DNA of 64,000 bases from Stylophora pistillata (Eukaryota). The position numbers were made by a program, and so were the translations under genes. The notes under the pieces were generated by a model. That model was given only the letters and a program-made list of their open reading frames with translations, made no database searches and was not told where the DNA came from. Below, in pieces: positions 49,046-60,500 of this stretch. Position 1 is the stretch's first letter. The number at the start of each line of letters is the position of its first letter. Location: the NCBI RefSeq assembly GCF_002571385.2, contig NW_019217786.1:1685292-1749291 (forward strand), given 5' to 3'.

Positions 49046-51433
49046 TGCCTTAGAGACTGTCAAATTTTGTTTCGCAGGGCTCTCTTTAAACTAGCTATGC
49101 TAAATGTGATGTCCCTGTTTAAATATCGATTAAATAAATAAAATAAATAAATAAAGTACTAAGTTCACATTAATTCAGTGTTGTCATAGTAATTTCTATC
49201 AGTTTAATTGCGGCAACTTGACTTAAAAAGAAATTTGATGAGCAATTTTGAAATAGCACTCATTTAATAGGTTTAGCCTATGCTGTCGAAGCAAAATGTA
49301 TATAACCTTGTTGATTTAAAAATCTATTGGAAGAGCTCTGAACTGACAAGTGAAATCAAAACACAGTAGGTATGACTCTACCGTTAGCTGTGATATTTTC
49401 ATAGATGTATTATGTCTACATCGGAAGAAGTTAACTGACTTTACTTCGCATGGAAAAGGATTTGTAAACTGACCTCACCACACAGCTTGAGTGGAGATTA
49501 CGTAGAAAGGCGTACTGAGAAAGTCCTGATCAAAACGAGATAAGTCACCGTAAGACAATTTAGGGAAGAAGCTTTTTCCCAGGAAGGTTTGTACGTTACG
49601 GTTTTGTTTTCGCTTTCTTAAGTAACTACTACATTTACAAAACGGAATAATTTACGCAGTGCTTAACTTTTTCTGCTCTGAGATTCATCCAGGTGATGCT
49701 TGCTAATCATGTATCCGCTGTTAAGAGGTACTTCGCATGATAATAGGTTAGATTTAGTGTATTTTTTGCAACGTGAATCGAACAATGTCCAAGCGGTGAA
49801 CTGAAACAGTTCTTCCAAACGGCTTGCATTGTTTAATCAGGCGGGAAAACTGCCTTTCTCGTATGTCAAGGGGATTTTGTTAACAGTTTTAAGTCCAAGG
49901 CCAAGCTCATTTCGATGTAAAAACGATGATTCAAACAAGTGCTTCACATTGATTCAGCCTTTAATGCAGCAATTTCTCTCAGCTAAATTGGTCGATCATC
50001 AACTAGTCGATATATTATTTATTTCATTCAGTTTCGTTTCTGTATGTAAGCCGCGGTCTTTTGTGTAGGTAATGGAGACGCTCTTGAAACCTTTCTAACA
50101 AAGCGACGCGAATAAGTTTAGAGGCAGCCTATATTTCTCATATAACCTTACTCCAATATATCCCTCTCACATTTTATCCGTGTTAAGACTTATATATTCG
50201 TCTTGCTTGAATTTCAAACACGGCGGTCAATGCATGGTATAATGAACGCTTTTACTTAAGCGTAATTTCCATATAATCGTCACGATCGCCTTCAAACGTG
50301 GCTAGCGACTGTAAGATCTCGTTACTACCTTGAGGATTATACAATCACTCCCGGCTGACACAAGGTATTCTGGGATACATAAAGCGATACTGAAATGCTT
50401 TTTGAGATATCTAACCCTTTCACTCCCAGGATTGACCAGTAAATAACTTCTCTTTACAATATCAATAAGCAAGCAGAAAGATGATGCGAAGAAAGCAAAA
50501 TGACCAGATGGTATGTCTCATCGATTTGACACCCGTGCAATTCTCATTGCCAAAGTTTTTGGGAATATAAGGCAGGGAGAGCAGAGATGAAGTTGAGCGG
50601 TGAAAAGGGAAAAAAATGTGGTTGCGATCAGCTATTACACTGCTCTGCTATCACTGCAACCGCAGCGCTCAGCTAAGTTGAAATTTTCATTTTCTTTCTC
50701 GGTAATTGCGGTTGCTGCGATGGTTTCGATGGATGATATTGCTGCAATCCCCGAACAGAGTTCAGGTCACGTTTTTCGGTGATTGTGGGGATGGCAGCTA
50801 TGGAAAGCAGGCTCTAGAAACATCAGAATCGTCAAACAATTTTAAAAATAAGAGGCGGTGCACGATCTAATTGGTACGTTAGTGGGCATCTGCGAAGAGT
50901 GTGCCGAAAACGCTGAGTGCGGAGTCTAAAAAAAAGTAAAAAAATAAAAATAAAATGAAACAATTAAAAGAATAATTAAAAAATAAATATGNNNNNAANN
51001 NNAATTTAANCAATTAAAAATAATTATTAAAAAATTCACGCTGCCTGGAGTGGACTGTTCATATGGTATATTAAACTAAAGATTTTCATAGTTAGCAGTT
51101 CACTTTTACCACTTATTTCCAACTTTAAATGAATATATTAAGTACTTTTATCCCCGTCACATGCCTTTCCAATATGGCGTTCCATTTCCGCCAAACTTCA
51201 ATATTTTATTTTACATCGTACTTTCCACAATATTTTGTACATTTTGCGTTTGTCATTCGAGTTTGCACTGGCGATTCAACTTTTTTGCATTCAACATTCA
51301 ACTTTTGTTTATTCAACATTTAAGTTATTGCTTTTGACATTCAACTTTTTAGAGGCAACAGTGTAGTTTTCGAATTCGACCCTCAAGTTCAGTAGAATCC
51401 ACATTCATGTTTTCGCATCCAACATTTTGCATT

Positions 51434-52095
51434 TGTGCGGTGGCCCAGAAGGCTCAACGCAAACAAAAAATATACTGCAGCAAATAAAAAATATACTGCA
51501 GCAAATAAGAAATAAACTGCAGCGACTAAAAATATACTGCAACAAATCACAAGAAAAGAGATGCAAACAAGTCACAAGCGCCCCACTAAAGAACTCGGCC
51601 ATCTTCGACATGTTGGCGAAGTCTGGTCTGGTGGGGAGTGGATAAAGGTCTCCCGAGTCCACTCAACTGGGAATTCTTTCGTCCCTATCGTCCACCTTTT
51701 GAGCAGGGGTGGCTCAGGGCGATTGCGCCCACGATCTCCTTCAGTCGCTGACCAGCGGGTAAAAGTCCAATTCGAAAAGTTGAATATCGAACGCGAAAAC
51801 TTGCAAGTACAATGCTTAAAGTCGGAGGTCGGAAGCCAAAACTTAAAGGACAAATGTACGGTGGCCCAGAAGGCTCAACGCAAACAAAAAACATACTGCA
51901 GTAAATAAAAAATATAGTGCAGCAAATAAAAAATATACTGCAGCAAATAAAAAAAATCAAAACGCAAAGAAAAAAAGTGTCGAGGCAAATAAAAAATGCA
52001 ACGCAAACAAAAAAGTACTGCAGCAAATAAAATATGCAACGCAAGCAAAAAAAAAAAAAAGAAAACGCAAACAAAAAAAATTAGAACACAACGCC
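51434..52095 (+). repeat. Two copies of a transposon-like end (CGGTGGCCCAGAAGGCTCAACGCAAAC) each followed by 21-bp CAAATAAAAAATATACTGCAG-type minisatellite
   Basis: Starts near 51437 and 51858; the second runs into the gap at 52096. Confidence 0.7.
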
Positions 52096-52117
52096 NNNNN
52101 NNNNNNNNNNNNNNNNN

Positions 52118-52325
52118 ATTGTATCTGATTTATGACTTTCACGGGTTTATTACGAATCAACTTAACGGCCTGCTCCCAGTTGGCTTGTTAGCTCAATTGG
52201 TAGAGCGCTGCACTAGTATCGCAGAGGTAAGTGGTTCGAATCCCGTACAGGCCTGATTTTTTTCAGGTCTGATTTTCGCTATTGCATAAATAGCGCTATC
52301 TACTGCGAGGACCGTACATCATACG
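52118..52325 (+). repeat. Further copy of the tRNA-Thr-like unit (tRNA-like part 52182-52254), abutting an assembly gap
   Basis: Reverse complement of 55583-55790 with few differences; N run 52096-52117 immediately upstream. Confidence 0.85.
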
Positions 52326-55300
52326 TAATGATATCTTTATTAGGAATATGTATTGCCATAAAATCTAAAACAGCTTGTTATTGGTGAGTAACGTTTGATA
52401 TCTTGTATCAATGAATGCTTTTGCTATATCTCTGTAAGGTGAATGTCTCCGTTCAATATGCCATCCAGATTCCCAATCAAAGCAATCAGAAAACGCTTGC
52501 GAAAGAGTTTAGACAATCCTATTGCAGTCAATTTTCACTTATTTAGGTTAATAAACAACTTATTCCCCGGAAAACTTGCGTGTCAAATTCATGTTTTTTA
52601 CTTTTAGGTAACGATTTCGTGGTTGTTTTGTTAATGTAAGACAATCGTATTGCTCGACAACAACGCGCATTTCTAAAACATTGTGGTTATAGAAATAGTT
52701 TAGAAGCAGGTTTTTTCATTTTCCTTTTTGAGCACAAATGTCTCATTTTGGTTACTGAGTGAAAGAGTAAAGCCGACGTAAAAAATTAATATAGCTCACA
52801 GTGTGATTAGGAGTTGATCTTGTTCTTAGATGTAATGAGGGAGAGTAAGTGACATAAAAATATTCAGATCTAGCCCACCTATTGGAGGAAAAGGCGATTT
52901 TTTTTTTTTTCAAGTTTTTTCATGATGAACAATTCTGCTTTGATAAGGGACTTCAATACACAGCTTTCTTAAAATGAGATGAAAAAGGGGAGCTTTTTAT
53001 AAGAAGGTTATTGAATAAGCTGAAATTTAGAGCATTATCGCAGTGAATTGATTAATTTGTCTTTTCCTACTCCGGGTCGAAACTTCATTGTCTTTGGAAC
53101 GTGTGGAACGGGACAAAACTTGAATACAGAAATGAAGATAAAAATCAAGGATAATTGAATCTCTTCTCTTTTCTTTTTCATTATTTGTTCGCTTTAAAAA
53201 GAAGGTATACATATCGTTATCGAAAATATCTAAAATGCCTTCTGAGCGTTAAAATAGGAAAATGGATCATAAATAAACCCTTTCATTTATGCGTCATCGG
53301 AACATGAGTGAAATGTAGTGGGGCTTTTTTTTTATAGACAAAGATCAAATTACCAGATCAATGTTAATTGCGAAGCAGTTAGCGATGTTTTCTCCATTTT
53401 AACAAAACATGAGCTGCTGGTTGAAAACTGTGAACGTGTACAAAATATTGCAGTTCTTTTTCGTACAGTAATAAAAATTGCAGGGTGTACTGGCGCGGCT
53501 GCTAAAAAGATTAAATAACACTGTAGTGTTATTAAATTCAATAGTCACTCTTCAAGATGTAATCTTTGCCTCGTAATGTAATGATGAAAAAGATTCCGAG
53601 AGCACATCCCAAAATCCTGTTAGGCACTCAGAAATTTAATTTTTTAGCATCAATTGTCCGATTTTTAGTCTTTGTATTTACAAAGGATATTTTACCACCA
53701 GCGTCAAGACAAAAGTTCGCTAAAGGTCCTTGAACTAAAGAAGAAACTCATTTGGTGAGATCTCTCACGTCATATCTTGAAACTGATTGAAAAAGGTCTT
53801 TGATGTGTATAATTACGGTTTAATGGAAAAAGCCTTGATTCTTTCGCCGTTGTTCGTCGACGATAATACATTGTAATCGCTACTAAGAGTCCGTGGCTGT
53901 AAAACCCGTAAATGAAACGTTTACTATTAATATCGGCATAGTTCATCTTTACCCAGCCGGGTAAAGGAGGGTTTCCAAAACAGACGAAGCAAGATCACTG
54001 AAGGTAGGCAAAATGGTTTGACAGCGAATATCAGATACTCCACTGGTTTCCGATAATAATTGGTCACCTTTGTAGGTAAAGGTAATCGTTATCTTTTTTG
54101 GTTTGAATTTATTTTGAACACGTCGCCGGGTAAAGGAGGGTTTCCAAAACAGACGAGGCAAGATTACTGAAGGTATCGAACCAGATAATGCAAAATTTTC
54201 GCGCAAAGTTTCCCGTTTATTTTAACATTGAAACAGACACCCATTGCATGCATGGAAGTAAAATCGTTGACTCAATACGGTGGATAAACCGGATATAACT
54301 CGTTATTTCGTACGAAGTGTTAGATCAAAATGTTTGATTCAGTTGTCCTTGGACTTTTATAGCAGAAGCCTGAGGATAGTTTTTAGTGAACATATTTTAA
54401 AATGGGTTTTGAGTTAGTTATAGTAAGTTAAAGCTAAGAATTTTTGCAGAATGAAAGGAAATGTAAATGAAAATTGAAACAGTAGGTTTAATTTTTAACA
54501 CGTTCACCATGTATGGGGTTGTCCACATATAATTTTGTGCATTATAGCGAAGAAAAAAAAATAAGGATTATGCTGGAATAACATTGCAAAAAATAAAATA
54601 AATAAATATACAAAAATAACCGACGCTTTTCAGAGTCAGTAAAACTGCTGCCTTTTCTTCGTCGATTTCGGAACTTTAGGATGCGCTTTTGCATAAAAAC
54701 GTTTTTTATGTAACAGCTGCTCTAAAAGCGCAGCGCAAATTCAAAAGCTTGCCTTAGTTAGGAACTCATTTCTTTCCCTACGCGAAGGCAGTTATGATAG
54801 CAGTATGGCCCACTGAAATTGACGTGAAATCAGTTGAAATAAAAGCGGTGGACTTTATCGATCTTGATTTTTTCTCCCGGTGCGTTCTGAAGCGAAAATA
54901 CTTGCAGTTCATAATTTGAATTAAATATTAAATAAACTCGGAGGACTCGAAAGCTTCCGTCCATCCAATGAAATGTGCGACGCAATCAGGATTGAATTTT
55001 TTTAAATGAAATTAATTTTTACTCAGAGCAGATAGGTTGTCATTATTGTCCAACGTTTTGCATCAAAAAAATTCAATAGACCTCATGATTTTTCTACGTG
55101 ACTAAAGGGTTTAAACTGCCGTTCGTTAAAACTAAAGATAAAGCTGTGGCTTTATTCCTTGTCCCTGCAATTCGATCAGAGATTTATAGAGGGTCTCAGT
55201 GGGGTGCTGGCTTTTACGGCTAACGGTTAAAATATTGGCCATTTTACGGCTAACGGTTGAATGATCATTCCATTGTTGTCACCAGAAATTTTTTTAACGG

Positions 55301-55582
55301 CTAACCTTTTTACGATTATAGGTTAAAGTTTGTCAACTTTTACTCTTAAAAGCTAAATTGTTCGGCCGTTTTACGGTTGTCGAAGTTAACTTCATTGAGA
55401 AGTTGACCCTCTTTGATCTTTTTTATATGGGGATTATGTACACCATGAGATTTCAAGATATCAAAAAGGGTTGATTGATTCCATGAAAAACATTTAAAGG
55501 CTTCAGCCTTTTTTGTCCTACGAATAAACTGAGGAATTAAGCCGCAGTTTGACAGGTTCATTAAAATGTACGTTTTGAACTT

Positions 55583-56270
55583 CGTATGATGCACGATCCT
55601 TCGCAGTAGATAGCGCTATTTATGCAATAGCGAAAATCAGACCTGAAAAAAATCAGGCCTGTACGGGATTCGAACCACTGACCTCTGCGATACTAGTGCA
55701 GCGCTCTACCAATTGAGCTAACAAGCCAACTGGGAGCAGGCCGTTAAGTTGATTCGTAATAAACCCGTGAAAGTCATAAATCAGATACAATGAATATATG
55801 AAGTGATATATTTTGAACTGCGGTATTAAATACGTATGATGCACGATCCTTCGCAGTAGATAGCGCTATTTATGCAATAGCGAAAATCAGACCTGAAAAA
55901 AATCAGGCCTGTACGGGATTCGAACCACTGACCTCTGCGATACTAGTGCAGCGCTCTACCAATTGAGCTAACAAGCCAACTGGGAGCAGGCCGTTAAGTT
56001 GATTCGTAATAAACCCGTGAAAGTCATAAATCAGATACAATGAATATATGAAGTGATATATTTTGAACTGCGGTATTAAATACGTATGATGCACGATCCT
56101 TCGCAGTAGATAGCGCTATTTATGCAATAGCGAAAATCAGACCTGAAAAAAATCAGGCCTGTACGGGATTCGAACCACTGACCTCTGCGATACAAGTGCA
56201 GCGCTCTACCAATTGAGCTAACAAGCCAACTGGGAACAGGCCGTTAAGTTGATTCGTAATAAACCCGTGA
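55583..56270 (-). repeat. Tandem array of 250-bp units (2.75 copies), each containing a tRNA-Thr-like cloverleaf (tRNA-derived repeat)
   Basis: Units start 55583, 55833, 56083 and are near-identical. tRNA-like segments 55655-55727, 55905-55977, 56155-56227 read GGCTTGTTAGCTCAATTGGTAGAGCGCTGCAC-TAGT-ATCGCAGAGGTCAGTGGTTCGAATCCCGTACAGGCCT; A and B boxes are good but the T-stem is mispaired. Confidence 0.88.
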
Positions 56271-57204
56271 TGAACCCGTTTTGAACTTCGATGTCTCTGA
56301 TCTTGTAATACACCATATATCTGAAAGGGGTCAGTTGCTGTATTGCCAGTGAGGTTTCCCAAGCAGTTTGCTTCGGTTTTAACTGAGTACTTGTTATTTC
56401 CTTTTATCAGTTTTCTCAAGTTGCGTGTGTGTGTGTGTGGGAGTATTTGTGGGGTTTTGACAGCAGCGCTGAAATAAGTTTAATTTCATGATAAATAACT
56501 TAAAAGCTTTCATAAGAAACTTAATGCTAACTCAATAAAACTACAGTCTGTAATCAAGTTTTTCGACGAGCGAATAGCCCATCATTATTCAAAGACAGAC
56601 TTTCTTACTTTTGGCCTTTCTGATTTGTTTTTATTACATTTTTGCACCTTGAAACAAAAGATGTCGATAACTTCGTTAAGTACGCCAATTATAGAGTGAC
56701 TACTTTATGTATATTGAAGTGTTTTTCAAGTTATAAACATAAATTAGCTTTGCCATGAGGTGAGTTCGACTTCGAAAACTCTCGTATGTGTATGGTAGAC
56801 CGGACAAATTAGGATCTTCGTGGACATAATATCTATCAAAGACGAGGTAAAAAGTGTATGTTTCGATAATATTCTAGCCATATTAATTAATGAGAAGCCT
56901 CGGAAAGGAAAATCGAATTCATTCAACTTAACCGGGTTAGTACCTAAACATCACGAACTGTTTTATATCATGTCACTGACATTACAACCGAAGTTTTGAG
57001 TTCATTTTCTTTCAGCTTATGAAGATGTCAAACAATTATGTCAGAATTTACTATAATTTTTAACAAGTGTACAGTTGAAGCCGTGTTCAGGCAAAGTTAC
57101 AGAAACACTTTGAGGCACTAACTGTATCTTTCAATCTGAAGTCGAGCCAAAGATTATGCACGAGTGAAAGCTTTCATGCTCTTGTCGTTGGGCAGCCAGC
57201 GTGT

Positions 57205-57420
57205 GTCTTCAAAACTTTATAAGTCACTGGTTAGACACATACTAGATTACACAGCGCCTGTCTGGAGCCCGCCGTACCTGATTAAAGATATTGTATCTAT
57301 AGAAAAAGGTTCAAGGAAGGGCTTCACAGTTGAAGCAGAAACGCAGAGACATGATTTACGAAGATCATTGTCGGTTACAAAATTGCGGGCAGACTCCGAG
57401 AGAAACGAAGTGAATTTTTA
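57205..57420 (+). mobile_element. LINE (CR1-like) ORF2 C-terminal fragment
   Basis: LYKSLVRHILDYTAPVWSPPYLIKDIVSIEK. Confidence 0.7.
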
Positions 57421-57597
57421 GCTCTTGTCCAGTGCTTACTATTAAAATAAGCTTATCGGGAGCCATTTAGCGATAATCTAAGCAAAAGTACTCATCAATA
57501 TTTGAATGGTAAACTGCAAAGCCACTCCTTACTGAGCAAATAACTCGTTTAAGTAGCTGCTGTGTATTTCTTTGTAACTATTGACAATTTGTATTAT

Positions 57598-57851
57598 TTT
57601 GGATATATCAACAAAGTTGAAATGGTAAATTGGCCACCGTAATGATTACAAAAGCTGACGTTTCGAGCTTTAGCCCTCCGTCGGAGCGAATGACGAAGGG
57701 CTCCGACGAAGGGCTAACGCTCGAAACGTCAGCTTTTGTAATCATTACGGTGGCCAATTTACCATTTCAACTTTGTTGATATATCCAAATTATTTCGTTC
57801 CTCCCACCGACGCAGCCGCCAACAGTTTCTTTCGAAACTATCAGCCTTTAT
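57598..57851 (+). mobile_element. Foldback non-autonomous retroelement with two inverted hammerhead-like cores (Penelope-type); 14-bp TSD
   Basis: ~90-bp near-perfect inverted arms 57598-57790 and ~60-bp tail; TSD ACAATTTGTATTAT at 57584-57597 and 57852-57865; cores GCT-CCGACGA-A-GGGC(TAAC)GCTC-GAAAC-GTC-AGC at 57700-57733 (+) and a variant at 57654-57687 (-). Confidence 0.8.
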
Positions 57852-59339
57852 ACAATTTGTATTATCTTGTTATTGAGCAATTCTTTCAATGATTTGTTTG
57901 AGAGGTTTCATGAGCGATATTTTTCAAGAAACTTGGCGAAGGAAGTTAGTGTGCGAGCTCAAAAACACATTTCCGTCTTTGTGCTCATGACGTTTTCTGG
58001 AAACGCCTTCATAGAGGCACCGACAATAAAAGTTGATCAGTATAATTAAACATTAAAAATAAATTTACAAATAAAGCATATCGTATAGAAATAATAGCTT
58101 TCATTGAAATTGGCTGAATAAAGATGCCTCGGATTATTTTATCGAGTGCCGGGATAAATTTCCGTCAGAATGGCTAATCTTTATGTAAATCGAATGAAAA
58201 ATGAATGTTGGTCGTGCCCAGAACTCGGCAAAGCAAAAACAAAAAACAAAACGAAATGAAAATATTGGTCTACTCTTCGAATATAACTTAGCAAAAAAAA
58301 TTAAGCGTCATTAAAAGTGATGCTTAACAGTCTCCGAGATTAAAGAAAATGACAACTCAGAAATACAGTTTAAAAGGGTTCATCTTTCAAGCTCTCATGA
58401 TCAAAACTTTTTTCACTTTATGTTTCAACATTAACAAAGAAGAGAGGATATTGAAGTAAAGGAAATCATTTTTGACACAGCAGGAACTGTCAAACTGTCC
58501 GGTAAAATCGCAAATCGACGCCAGAATGAAATTAAGATTTACCATCTCAACTAATTGTTTTTGGAGACATTCTGCGATAGTCAATTAGCGTAAATCATGT
58601 GTGTCCAACACTACGGCGATAATAGCTGATAATGGAGTGGGGGGGGGACGCCGGGATATGCTCGTTGAAATCAGGGAGTTTAATCTCAGTACTAGAATTC
58701 ATTAGTAAAAAATGCAATATTTTGGTTCTAAGCTATTTTAAGGGTTGCAACAATGGTCGATTTAAGGGCCATCTCCCACAAAAACCATGGCGCTATTTTT
58801 AACGGGTATCTCTGTTCTTTCAATGTAAGAATTTCCCCCCCTCTCCCCACCAAATATGGATGATTTTGTTTTTTATTGTGGTACATCTAGAATCTAATTG
58901 AAAAGAAACTTGATATGAATAGAGAACAAAGTCTTTTTCAATTTAATTTCAAGTCGTCCTGGTGGGTCGAAGTCGAAAGGAAAGATCAACAAGACAGTTG
59001 AATGAAACTTGATGATTAAGTCGCTGCTTGTTTTGACATAATTACACCTATTAGCGTTTGACGCAAATTTTCTTGTAAGGTTGTCTACTAGTCACGTATA
59101 TAAAACTAGCTTTTCAAATTGGTTAATATCTCATCTATATCTATTCATTTTCTTTTCAGTGGGAACTGTTCGGGTTAAACTTTTAATAATTGACATATAC
59201 AGAGCTATCTGAATTGCTGTGATATTCTCAAAGGTCTTCGCTTATCTTAACTTTGGGTATTCGAACAAGAACTGCAACGTTTTCGTCAATCTCAACGAGG
59301 ACACTCCATTCAAACTTTCTTTGACACCCTTTCCACGAA

Positions 59340-60371
59340 ATGGTTTCCTATTCAACAGAAACAATTTTAACGTCAATATTCATGATAACCGTGTCCGTTT
59401 TGGCTTCCATTGGGAACTTTTTGGTCATTCTTGCAATCTTATGGAATAAGAGACTTCGCACGATGTGCAATTTTCTGTTTCTCAACCTGGCTGTGGCTGA
59501 CATGCTTCAGGGGGCCATTGCTATGCCTCTCCGCCTGGCAGATCAGCTGAATCAAACAGAAAGACGTCCCCTTATTCCTTGTCTGGCTGTCATACCGCTT
59601 ACCGTCTTTCTCTTTGGTGCCTCCAATTTCAATCTGACGCTGATAAGCCTCGATCGATACTTGGCGTTAAAGAAACCCTTTCTATATACAAGCTTCGCCG
59701 AACCACGTAAGGCTTCATTTATAGTCGCGCTATTTTGGGTGCTGATTTTTATCATCGCATTTCTTCCTATTTTTGGATGGGGACAGGCAGACACAGCCGA
59801 TGTAACTGATATTTGTTTGTTCTCCACCACTCTGAGCCGAGATTACCTGTTCATGCTATTTTCTATCGTCAATTTATCTGTTATCATCACCCTAGCTTTC
59901 ACAAACTATTTTATCCTCAAAACTGCTCGCAGTCAAATTCGTCGCATACAAATAACCCAAAGTCACGTAACCGGCATAGATGGTCCCTCTTTGGTCTACA
60001 AAGATGAGATATCGGCGACAGCCGTCTCAGGCCGACCGACCTCCGACTGCGATACGATGAATAGCGATCAATCACGAGAGAAAGTGCCGAGGGCTGGCGG
60101 GAATAGAGAGCGAAGGGCAACAAAGATTGTCCTGATAGTTGTCGGTATTTTTGTGTTCTTGACAACGCCAATCACAGTGATTGACATTATTAGCTTGTTG
60201 GGTTGTCCTACTTGCACACCGCTAACATTGATTAAAATAACAGTATTCATGGCCTATTCTAACGCCTGTGTAAATGTATTTATATATGCTGGTTTTAACA
60301 CAGAAATGAGAAATACCTGGATTTGTATATATCGACAAGCAAAAGAAGCTATATCGAGTCGTTTCAGGTAG
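59340..60371 (+). CDS. Orphan class A (rhodopsin-like) GPCR, intronless ORF, 343 aa
   Basis: Seven hydrophobic segments; TM1 GN, TM2 NLAVAD, TM3 ISLDRY, TM4 W, ECL2 Cys, ICL3 end RERRATK; TM6 LTTP and TM7 NVFIY variants. Probable 5' UTR acceptor TTTTCAG ending 59159. Confidence 0.93.
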   Translation: MVSYSTETILTSIFMITVSVLASIGNFLVILAILWNKRLRTMCNFLFLNLAVADMLQGAIAMPLRLADQLNQTERRPLIPCLAVIPLTVFLFGASNFNLTLISLDRYLALKKPFLYTSFAEPRKASFIVALFWVLIFIIAFLPIFGWGQADTADVTDICLFSTTLSRDYLFMLFSIVNLSVIITLAFTNYFILKTARSQIRRIQITQSHVTGIDGPSLVYKDEISATAVSGRPTSDCDTMNSDQSREKVPRAGGNRERRATKIVLIVVGIFVFLTTPITVIDIISLLGCPTCTPLTLIKITVFMAYSNACVNVFIYAGFNTEMRNTWICIYRQAKEAISSRFR

Positions 60372-60394
60372 CTAACAAAGCGTGAAAGAGAAGA

Positions 60395-60500
60395 TAATAA
60401 TACTAATATTAACAATAATGATAATAATAACACTAATGATAATAATAACACTAATGATAATAATAACACTAATGATAATAATAATATCAACGATATTAAT
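60395..60500. repeat. 21-bp AAT-derived minisatellite (TAATGATAATAATAACAC-type) just after the GPCR stop
   Basis: Direct reading. Confidence 0.9.

Noticed and set aside
51405-52256. Cluster of overlapping ORFs
   Set aside because: Low-complexity translations of a 21-bp minisatellite and gap; no recognisable domain.
55655-56227. Functional tRNA-Thr genes
   Set aside because: The T-stem has two mismatches, the anticodon stem has an A-C pair, and the flanks are amplified as part of a 250-bp repeat; treated as a tRNA-derived repeat.
55583-56270. CRISPR-like array
   Set aside because: Whole units are identical with no unique spacers, there are no cas genes, and the context is eukaryotic.
59340-60371. 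Opsin or aminergic receptor identity
   Set aside because: No Schiff-base Lys in TM7 (AYSNACVN) and no TM3 Asp.
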